From assembly GCF_006345805.1 (NCBI RefSeq), contig NW_021834518.1:1-48099 (forward strand): a stretch of DNA of 48,099 bases. The letters are read 5' to 3'. The notes under the pieces are model-generated. The model worked only from the letters and a program-made list of their open reading frames with translations. It was not told where the DNA came from and searched no databases. Positions within the stretch are counted from its first letter, which is position 1. Each line of letters begins with the position of its first letter. Both the position numbers and the translations under genes were made by a program. This document shows positions 12,716-22,747 of the stretch, piece by piece. Source of the DNA: Octopus sinensis (taxonomy: Eukaryota).

Positions 12716-13479
12716 TATATGTATATTCTTTTCTTTTTAGTTTTTTACTCGTGTCAGTCATCGGACTGCAGACATGTGGTGGTTGATGGGGGAGGGGACC
12801 ATTACCCCGATCAAGTACTTTATTGAGCATACTGAAGTCAGTATTTAAAGTATGTCTGCTACTTATTTTATCGAAGAATGTTTGCCGAACTGCCAGGTTA
12901 CGGCGACGGAAACGAGCCCAAATCAGTTGTCAATCAGCGAAACGGAAAATATGAAAACACGATCATACATACATACATACACACATATACTGTGAAGTAC
13001 CTCTAATTGGAAGATGCTGACGTATCTGCTGAATCGTAAAGGAAACATACCGGTCAATAAGCATATTCATCAACAAGGGTGTTTTCGTATGCATGGGCCT
13101 TAGTCGAGAATTCTATAGAATACTATATGTTGTCCAAAAGGAATACCCACCTGTGACGATAGTCAGACAGCATATCAGATTTTCTGTTAACTGCTATTGC
13201 TGTCTCGATATTTGTAATCAATAAAGTTTAGTTATGTAGTCTGTTGTAATATAGAGTTGCTCTGTTAATAATAATCTCAAATATTCCAGGGTTGTGATGT
13301 CGTTGTGAGCTTCGAGTGAAATCAGGATAAAAAAAGTGACGTCCTTAGACCTAAAGGAATATGTAGGTTGTTTGTAACGAGCCTTGAATCTGTTAGTTGT
13401 GAATCCGTATAACTGTTCTGCGTACCACCAGGTGTGGGAGTGTAAATGATGCTTTAAAAACGAATAATGCTATCAGTTA

Positions 13480-13625
13480 TCAAGAGGATTGATTTCAACA
13501 ATTACTAGAAGTATAAAAGCAAAGTCGGCCTGAGCCGAATATGAACTCAGAAAGTAAGAACGGATGAAATACCGCTAAACATTTTGTCCGGCGACTAACG
13601 ATTCTGCCAGCTCGCCGCCTTTCTC
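13480..13625 (-). mobile_element. SINE family A partial copy
   Basis: aacgattctgccagctcgccgcct (reverse complement of the head). Confidence 0.8.
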
Positions 13626-13899
13626 TGTACAGTAATATTATAGTAACACCGCCAGGAATGTGGACATTAACGTCGATGAAAAAAATAAGGAAAATACGAT
13701 AAATTTATATCGTATTTATCGGAAAAGGAGATGAAACTAAAAGAAAAATAAATAAACCAAAAAGAAATTCAAATGTTTTTTTTTTTTTCTAGCCCTAGGA
13801 TTCATAAAGCCTGAAACTCAGTTTCTATGGTATATAAGTGACAGAGATTATGTTATTCGCTCTGAATTGGACACCAGTCCGTTGCAGGACTCAAGACAA

Positions 13900-14085
13900 A
13901 TAATTTTGAGGGGATGGCGAAAATCAATTATATTGATTGGTACTTTATTTCACCGACCCAGAAGGGATGAAAAGCGAAGTCATCCTCGACAGGATTTGAA
14001 CCCAAGACCTAGAGAGCCAGCAGAAATGTCACTCAGTTATTTTAGTCTGACGCGCTAATGATTCTGCCAATTCGTCGCCTTCATT
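13900..14085 (-). mobile_element. Degenerate SINE family A copy
   Basis: ggtactttatttcaccgacccagaagggatgaaaagc...gattctgccaattcgtcgcct. Confidence 0.7.
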
Positions 14086-14497
14086 CAAATGTTTGTATGA
14101 ATGGAATAAAATTAGGGTTTACACAGCAGGTAAATTGTTCTAAAGTGAGTGAAATGTTAAACCATGACCAGAAAATGCAACAGATATGATGTTCTGTAGT
14201 TTAGGAAGTTGGTTAGCTGTTGGGGGTTTATGAAGTAATGAGGCTTTAGATGACATAAAATGTTTTATGTACTAATTATACGTGTGAAAAATATGTATTA
14301 AATATATATTTTAAAATAAGTAGGAAAGAGATTGTCTTAGCATGGATATGTACGTATGTGCATGTGTACGTGAGTGTAAGTATGTGTTAGGATAGATGGA
14401 TACATGCAAATATGTATTGTTAGGAAGATAGAGAACTAGATTGGTTGATTGGTAAATAGATAAAATAGGTAAAAATAGATAAATAGATAAGGATAAG

Positions 14498-14820
14498 TTT
14501 CTTTATTGGCCACACAGGGCTGCACACAGATGGGACAAGTTACAAGGTAGAGCTTTTCTTTTGGGTGATGAAGAAAACCAAAAAAAAACAAAAAAAGGGG
14601 GGGCGTAGGTTTTCGATCAAGAGGGGTCGTAAAAGGGAAGAAAAGAACAAAAAAGTAAATAAATAAATAAAATAAAAAATAAAAAGAATAAAAGGAAAAA
14701 AAAAGGGAAAAGGAACAAGAGAAAAGAGAAATGAAAAAAGAAGAAAAAAGGGGGGAAAAAAGGGGAAGAGGGAAAAAAAAGAACGATCAATAGGAATCGT
14801 GTATCACAGTGTTATGATAT
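14498..14820 (-). mobile_element. 3'-UTR-only copy of the Tx1-like LINE
   Basis: tttctttattggccacacagggctgcacacagat...caaggtagagcttttctttt matches 15307-15545. Confidence 0.8.
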
Positions 14821-15004
14821 ATGGTAGATATAGATAGACAGACAAACAGACAGGTAGACTGATAGAGACAGGTGGACGGACGGAGAGAGAGAGAAAGAGA
14901 GAGAGAAAGAGAAAGATAAACCGACAGGAAGATAAATAAATTAGTACACATGCTAGTTTCTAAATAGTCAGTGAGATAAATAGATAAGTTGAAAGAGGGA
15001 AAAA

Positions 15005-15066
15005 TAACAGACAGACAGACAGACAGACATGCAGACAGATAGATAGATAGATAGATAGATAGATAT

Positions 15067-15098
<32 letters not shown>

Positions 15099-15099
15099 G

Positions 15100-15190
<91 letters not shown>

Positions 15191-15191
15191 G

Positions 15192-15227
<36 letters not shown>

Positions 15228-15228
15228 T

Positions 15229-15264
<36 letters not shown>

Positions 15265-15300
15265 GTAGACAGACAGACAGACAGACAAGACAGACTGACA
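15005..15300. repeat. (GATA)n/(GACA)n microsatellite at the LINE 3' end
   Basis: Direct reading. Confidence 0.97.
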
Positions 15301-15306
15301 GATATG

Positions 15307-15467
15307 TTTCTTTATAGCCACACAGGGCTGCACACAGATAGAACAAATTACAAGGTAGAGCTTTTCTTTTGAAGGTTTTAAAAAAAAAAAAAAAAAAAGG
15401 GAAAGGGGAGTTTCGATCAAAGGGATCGTAAAAGGAGAGAAAGAGGACAAAAAAAAGGGGGGGGTTA

Positions 15468-15499
<32 letters not shown>

Positions 15500-17603
15500 A
15501 GAGGAAAAAAAATTGATCAATAGGGATCGTTATCACAGAAATGTCAATATGAAGTGTAGGGGAGGACAGGTGAGGTTTACCCGTGGAAAAGAAAACCTAC
15601 GGAAAAGACCACGGTAACCTCGGTCAATGAAGTCACATTTTATATTTCTTTTTTTTTTTTTTTTTTGCAATAAGCAACTCTCTGTTTTCGATTTCTGGGT
15701 TCATAGGACTATGCTCAAGGTGGCTTCGTCATTCATACGTGCCATTCTTGCTACATTCACCCATCTTTTTTAAAAACATTCGCTAGACAAAACTTGCCTC
15801 TCTACTCTCACTTTCCTTTTCAAGTGGTACTTGAAGAAGTTGATGAGAGATTGACCAGAGAGGAAGTGTTTTGTCTCCAATCCTTTCAGACGCGTCCACC
15901 AGATACATTCTTTCGCCATAGCCACAAGGATGATGAAAATAGCTCTTCTTCCGTTTGAAGGAAGGAGGCGTGACAATATTGACGATAGACTCAGCTGATA
16001 ACCGCTCGTCCCACACGTGACGCAGTTGTTCGACACAAGCCCACAGGTCGGAAATTGTTGGACACTGAACGAGTGCGTGCAGAACGGTTTCGTCGCTCTG
16101 ACCGCATCTCGGGCAGGTCGGCCCCGTGTTTCTCGAGCCGTGTCTGTAGAGCTTATCCCAACGGGTAGCGCTTCTCGGTAGCACTGCCAGGCCAGGGATC
16201 TCTGGAAGTTGTCCATGGGCCCTGGCCCGAAAGTCGTCCCGAACAGGCGGGTCAGGTACTCCTCGTCGACGTCCAGGTTCGCCCCGAGCTCGTCGTCGTA
16301 CCTCCCCTCCACTAAACCCCTATAGATGCTTTGGTTGTGTTGAAGTCACTTAAGGTCGACCAGGACGGGCGAGTTGCTTGAGAGCAACGCGACACTCGCG
16401 GTGCCATTCGCCCTTCCTCGGCCTCTTTTTGATCCACGACTGCAGTTCGGTCATGGAGACGAGCTGCGGGAAAGCGTGCCTCACAAACGGCGACCACACC
16501 TGTTCACCGTCGTCTACATAGAGCCAGAGATGTCGCAGTCTCAGCGCGTGTCTGCGCATCATCAACCACGGCATGCCCAGCCCTCCTTTTAACGGGTGTT
16601 GACAGCAATGGATCGCCTGACCATCGGACGCATCCTTTCCACAAGAAGCGAAAGAGGATGCGTTGTAGTTGGTGATGGTAGGGTCGGGACAAGGTACGAC
16701 GGTCAGGCGTAGTAGATGACGGACGCGATGTACGTGTTCGCCACCTCCGCTCGACCTTTTAGGGACAGTTTCCTCTCGGCCCATTGCCCGGGCGAGAGTG
16801 ACCACCCTACTCGTTATCTCGTTCCAGTTTCTCCACTTGGAGGTCCGGACCAAACCAGACCCCGAGCAACTCAACCGGGCCGTCGGTCCAGCGTCCCACG
16901 ACGGAGGCGCTGGTGGACGGCATGGGCTTGCTTCTCCAGGTGCCTAGTCGCAAGCCCACTGACTTTTCCCGGTTGATTTTCGCTCCTGTCACCGCTTCGT
17001 AGTTTTTCAGTGTCTCACTCACCCGACCACTCGATGTGTCGTGGCTTGACACTATGACGGTGACGTCGTCCGCGTATGCAGACACGCTCGTCCCGCATCC
17101 CAATTCTCTCGCGGATGCCCCTTAGAGTCGCCAGCTTCCGCAGTAGTGGCTCAAGAGTCATACGTATAGAAGCGCCGAGAGGGGGGGCATCCCTGACGGA
17201 CCGAACGTGCAATGTCGAAAGGTCTCGATAGATGTCCATTTACGCGAATTACCGAACGGATGCCTCTGTACAAGGCAGCTATCCAGCCGCGGAAGACGGG
17301 ACCCGAAACCAGCCGCTCTCAGGACTGCCTCCAAGTATCGATGGTCTACCTATCAAAGGCTTTCGATTGATCCAAGTTGATCAGGGCCCCACCCATGCCA
17401 GGTTCGTTAACTACCCTGTCTATGATGTAGCGCATCAGATGGAGGTTGTCATGGATGGTCGCCGGCCTGGCACGGGCGCATGTTTGCGCCTTGTCGACCA
17501 GTTTCTCGATGACAAGCGCCAACCTCTTGCTAACACCTTGCCAAAATTTTCAAGTCTGCATTAAGCAGAGTGATGGGCCTAAAGTTATCTATTACATTTC
17601 CCA
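15307..17603 (-). mobile_element. 5'-truncated Tx1/L1-clade non-LTR retrotransposon (RT, C-terminal zinc knuckle, 3' UTR), frameshifted
   Basis: Stitched frames give [83 protein letters not shown]; ORF ends near 15705. Confidence 0.92.
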
Positions 17604-17688
17604 GATAGATAGATAGGTAGACAGACAGACAGACAGACAGACAGATAGACAGATATATAGATAGATGATAGATAGATAGATAGATCGA

Positions 17689-17722
<34 letters not shown>

Positions 17723-17737
17723 TACAGACAGACAGAC

Positions 17738-17777
<40 letters not shown>

Positions 17778-17815
17778 GATAGATAGGTAGACAGACAGAC
17801 AGCAGACAGACAGAC

Positions 17816-17883
<68 letters not shown>

Positions 17884-17885
17884 GG
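17604..17885. repeat. (GATA)n/(GACA)n microsatellite at the LINE 5' junction
   Basis: Direct reading. Confidence 0.97.
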
Positions 17886-18311
17886 ATGTAGGTCTTACTG
17901 ACTGAATGAACTACAGGATAATATCTGATAAGCAACGCTCGGGTCTGTCTTCGTCAGTAACAAGTGATACAGAGGAGTGCTTACGAGAGAGTTTAATGAG
18001 TTTATTGCAGTGTAAAATAAATAAACTCACGTAAAGGGATCATATCGTTCATTATATTAAAAAAGACGAAGCAGATGGTGTTACCGTTTCAGAAAGTAAC
18101 GACTCGAAAACTCATCATCCTTCCATATCTCTTCTCCGCCCGCTAATCCTGGGCGAGTCGTGGGTCAGAGTCCGGTCATAGGATCCTCTCAAATGCAACC
18201 GTCATTACACGTTCCGGCTGGATTTACAACCGAGTCAATGGATATTATTCAACAGTTTTATTCATGCGCTACTTCGAGGTCTCCTGCTGATTGGATCGGC
18301 TTGAAGAATCC

Positions 18312-18542
18312 TATTTCTTTACTACCCACAAGGGGCTAAACACAGAGGGGACAAACAAGGACAGACAAACGGATTAAGTCGATTATATCGACCCCAGTGC
18401 ATAACTGGTACTTATTTAATCGACCCCGTAAGGATGAAAGGCAAAGTCGACCTCGGCGGAATTTGAACTCAGAACCTAGCGGCAGACGAAATATCGCTGA
18501 GCATTTCACCTGGCGTGCTAACGTTTCTGCCAGCTCGCCGCC
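18312..18542 (-). mobile_element. Full SINE family A copy with 16-bp target-site duplication
   Basis: tcggcttgaagaatcc at 18296-18311 and 18543-18558. Confidence 0.95.
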
Positions 18543-19051
18543 TCGGCTTGAAGAATCCGTCCTGCGATTCTTCCCTGTGAAAATCTAGTCACATATCTGT
18601 CGTAGTGGAATTAGCGTTTCGATCTGGAGGGATTTCTTGATCTCTGAACAACGCACCCTCCTTGGAGGAATCTCATTTCAGCTCCTTATATAATCGTGAT
18701 TGTACCTTTCAGGTCCTTACTCAGCATTTGTGACTTTAGATGAGGATAGGCACGAAAACCGAACTGAAGATCGTGGATTTGACTTTCGGTTTTTGTGACA
18801 GTTTCTATTCTTCTGACGATTGAAGGCTGGATCTGATGCCTCATTGTACTTGCAATCAATTCCGCCCTAACGTACTTAAACTTGTCTGGGAGAACTTCCT
18901 TGAGAGGACCAATATCCAGGACCAAATTCCTTTCCCATTATGACTGAAATTAGCAAATATTCACACGACTACTTTTATCTGACTGTTTTACTGACCAATA
19001 ATAGTTGATGGATTTTAAATATTAATTTATTTAATAACTTTATATATACAT

Positions 19052-19470
19052 AGGCGCAGGAGTGGCTGTGTGGTAAGTAGCTTGCTAACCAACCACATGG
19101 TTCCGGGTTCAGTCCCACTGCGTGGCATCTTGGGCAAGTGTCTTCTGCTATAGCCCCGGACCGACCAATGCCTTGAGTGGATTTGGTAGACGGAAACTGA
19201 AAGAAGCCTGTCGTATATATGTATATATATATATGTATGTATGTGTGTGTGTTTGTGTGTCTGTGTTTGTCCCTCTAGCATTGCTTGGTAACCGATGCTG
19301 GTGTGTTTACGTCCCCGTCACTTAGCGGTTCGGCAAAAGAGACCGATAGAATAAGTACTGGGCTTACAAAGAATAAGTCCCAGGGTCGATTTGCTCGACT
19401 AAAGGCGGTGCTCCAGCATGGCCGCAGTCAAATGACTGAAACAAGTAAAAGAGAAAGAGTAAAAGAGTAT
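19052..19470 (+). mobile_element. Full SINE family B copy (tRNA head, CORE-like domain, internal (TA)/(TG) microsatellite, tail)
   Basis: aggcgcaggagtggctgtgtggtaag, B-box gggttcagtccc, cttgggcaagtgtcttc, tail ending in (aaagagt)n. Confidence 0.92.
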
Positions 19471-19794
19471 TCTATTAGTTCCGCGTACAAGAGAAAGATA
19501 TTGGTCCTTAGATGGTGCGCCCCTATTTGTTAACTATTACAGGGGAGGCAATCTCTTCTATAGCTGCGTTGCAAGCAGATTTGAAAATTTGGAATTTACA
19601 TGAGTACAACGAATACACATTTGATATTTTATTTTTCCACTATACATTATAAAGTTGTTTTTTTTTTTTAAGTGACGGGTCGTTGATTATATCTATATAG
19701 TATAAATATTGATAGAAACAGCTGTATGTATAATATACAAAATTGTTAGATGCAGCTGTGTATAAAATAAAATTTTATCAAATGTAGCTTTTAA

Positions 19795-19990
19795 GGGTGG
19801 CGAGCAGGTGGAATAGTTAGCATGCCGGACAAAATGTTTAGCGGTATTTCGTTCCTCTTCACGTTCTGAGTTCAAATTCCGCCGAGGTCGACTTAGGCTT
19901 TTGTTTTTTTCAGGAGTTGATAAAATAAGTACCAGTTGATCACTGGGATGAAATCGACTTATCCACTTTGTGGAAATCACTGTCTTGTAC
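19795..19990 (+). mobile_element. SINE family A copy
   Basis: gagcaggtggaatagttagcatgccgg...gagttcaaattccgccgaggtcgac...aagtaccagt. Confidence 0.8.
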
Positions 19991-20439
19991 CAAAATTTGA
20001 AATCATTATTAGATGAAGCTTTATATATTGTTTGACATAACATTATGTACAGTACACACATCGAAAGAAGCAGCTCTCTTTATATGCTGCTTGATAAAGC
20101 TCTCTACATAACAATATGCACATACATTGGCAAGAAATCTTGAAATAAAACTGAACAATGGCATACATACATGCATGCATACATACACACGCACGTATAC
20201 TCTTTTATTTGTTTCATTTGATTTCGACCATGCTGGAGCACTGCCTTTAGTCGAGCAAACCGACCCAGAATTTACTCTAACGTAACCGGTGCTGGTGCAC
20301 CATCGCCTCAGTACTCAAGCTATCAGTTTTCCTCAGCACCTATGTGTCTGGAGTTTTTAAGGTCCAGCCAACATTCAGAATGTGCCTCAGACACCTCTGA
20401 TGAAAGCGTTCAAGGATCCTTACTTGACGTTTGTAAAAG

Positions 20440-20945
20440 GTATATGCCTCATATGAGTAAAGGAGCTATGTCAGTACACATGCACGGTACACAGCAATTT
20501 TTGCTTGCCTTGTGATGTCATGCTGGGAAGACCAGAAGGAATCAGTTGCTCTCTGCAGCCTGAAAGATATTTCATTATATAGGGAGCAAGAATGGCTGAG
20601 TGTGCTGCCCAGGTAGACGAACTTGTCTACCACTTTCAGTATTGTTCCTTCAGCCAAGATAGCTGGTTCCATAACCAAGATAGCTGGTGCAGGCTGGAAC
20701 ATTACAGCAGTCTTGTCCAGGCTAACGCTGAGTCCAAATGCCTTGCAAGATTCATAAGTATTTACATGTCATCCACTGTATGAATGCCTAAGTCACAGTC
20801 ATCTGCATAAAGGAGGTCACGAATAAGAGACTGGAAAACTTTTGAATTGGCAGCAGATCGGCACAGATTAAAGAGGCGGCTAGAAGATCGATACCTGACA
20901 TATATTCCCAGAGAGCTAACCTTAGCAAAAGGTGTTTGCTCACGC
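20440..20945 (-). mobile_element. RTE-clade LINE reverse transcriptase fragment
   Basis: GIYVRYRSSSRLFNL...IRDLLYADDCDL...LKVVDKFVYLGSTLS...KIAVYRACVLT. Confidence 0.85.
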
Positions 20946-21243
20946 GACATTAGTTTTAGCGGGAAAAAATAACGTCGGATTCTTTTTGAGCGCAACTCGT
21001 AATAAAACAATTATTCCTCTCAACAAACACAAGATATCTAAAAGCAGGAACATATTAACAGAGAGTGGAGTGTATGGGGGAGATTGTTCCCATTTTGGCA
21101 ATTCACATAATAATAAAGGATTGTTTTCGGAATTACCTCACACCTATAAAAGAAAATATATCGCAACGAGTTCACAGGTATGGCTGTGTGGTCAGAAGCT
21201 TGCATTCTACCCATTTTGTTGTTTTGCTGAATTTTTATTGACT

Positions 21244-21350
21244 TGTGTAAGAGGTTTGTTGCCTCACAGTGGATTTTGTGTTGGAAATGTGAGAGGTTTA
21301 TTGCCTCATTAAAGTTTTGCTTTGAACTGTGTAAGAAGTTTGTTGCCTCA
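21244..21350. repeat. Three-copy ~42-bp minisatellite
   Basis: tgtgtaagaggtttgttgcctca variants at 21244, 21288 and 21328. Confidence 0.75.
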
Positions 21351-21509
21351 AATATGGTATTATAAAGAACTATGTGCTCGGGTAAACAGCAATCGGCGGG
21401 CATTGCTTGTTGCCCTCATTATTATCATATCATTTATCATTTCCTTTCATTGTCTTCGTCCAGCCCGCAGCTTCTTTTCTTTGTAAGGCCTTTATGGCCA
21501 ATCTAATGA

Positions 21510-21960
21510 TAAAAGAAGCTTGCATTCCAACCACATGATTCCGTGTTCAGTCCCTCTGCGGGGCACCTTGAGTTAGTGTCTTCAACAACGGCTTCGGACC
21601 TACCAAAGCCATGTGAATGGATCTGGTAGGCGGAAACTGAAATGAATCACCCATGCGTGTATACATTTGTGTGTGCATGCGTGCGTGTATACACGTGTGT
21701 GTGCGCAGGTGTGTGCGTGCGTGTGTGTGTGTGCATTTATTCCGCACCACCGCTTGACGACCTGTGTTGATGAGTTTACTTCCCCGTAACCTGGCGGTTC
21801 AGCAAAAAGAGATCAATAGGATAAGTACCAGTTTAAAAAAAAAAAACAAGCAAAATAAAACAAATAATTACTGGGGGGCGATTCATTCGACAAGAAATTC
21901 TTCAAGGCGGTGCCCCCAGCATGGCCACACACAATGACTAAAACAAATAAAATATAAGGT
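21510..21960 (+). mobile_element. Diverged SINE family B copy
   Basis: ccacatgattccgtgttcagtccc...ggcggaaactgaa, (TG)n, tail ...ccagcatggccacacac. Confidence 0.8.
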
Positions 21961-22219
21961 GCACCTGAGCACTGTATACAATAATTTCATTATTATATTA
22001 TTATTATAAAAGAAAGATAACAGACATAATAATTGGATTAATTAGCAAGACTTCTTTAGATTTTCTTACCACCCTTGTTTTGTTTTTTTTCTCTATTTTT
22101 CATAATATCCTCCCCCGCCACCCACCATTATCTTAATGCCCTGAGATTTAATCCTCAAGAATATCTTAACTGGTAAGTCTGCAGATATGCCATATTCTAT
22201 TGCAGGGTTTGGTTCTTAC

Positions 22220-22312
22220 ATCAGAAGAATTTGGTCCTCCTGTTGTTTCATCAGCGACAGCTTTTTTCTTCCATATGTTTGTGGTCGGCCTCGTACGTTG
22301 TTTTCGTTCCAT
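22220..22312 (-). CDS. Candidate ATG-containing phase-0 exon (MERKQRTRPTTNIWKKKAVADETTGGPNSSD)
   Basis: ATG at 22312, 31 open codons, donor GAT|gtaaga; acceptor gttccgtgcag| at 22439. Confidence 0.25.
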
Positions 22313-22529
22313 CAATTAATTATGTTATTGTTATTGTTGTTGATAATGATGTTGTTAGTGCTGTTAATGTCGCTGACATCCTCCGTCGAACGCGTGTTCG
22401 AAATAATAATGGAGTTAATGATAACGATAACATATGTACTGCACGGAACATTAAAGAGTTAACTAGAAATGTTTGTGTGATGATAAGACAGAGAGAGATG
22501 GGTAGACTAACAGGAACACAGACAGGCAG

Positions 22530-22564
<35 letters not shown>

Positions 22565-22587
22565 TACATATACATACACACATATTT

Positions 22588-22620
<33 letters not shown>

Positions 22621-22715
22621 CACACATGCATATGTATGCATATATAAACACACACACATATATATTCATGTATGTATGTATGTCTATCTATCTGTTTATC
22701 TATCTACCTTTCTTC

Positions 22716-22740
<25 letters not shown>

Positions 22741-22747
<7 letters not shown>

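Noticed and set aside
12992-13430. Solo LTR (TG start, internal AATAAA)
   Set aside because: No CA end with a TSD, no second copy and no PBS or PPT
17930-17965. Hammerhead (minus strand CUGACGA...CGAGCGUU)
   Set aside because: No GAAA, no helix II pairing and no helix I
21244-21350. CRISPR array
   Set aside because: Only three imperfect repeats, short related spacers, no cas genes, eukaryotic context
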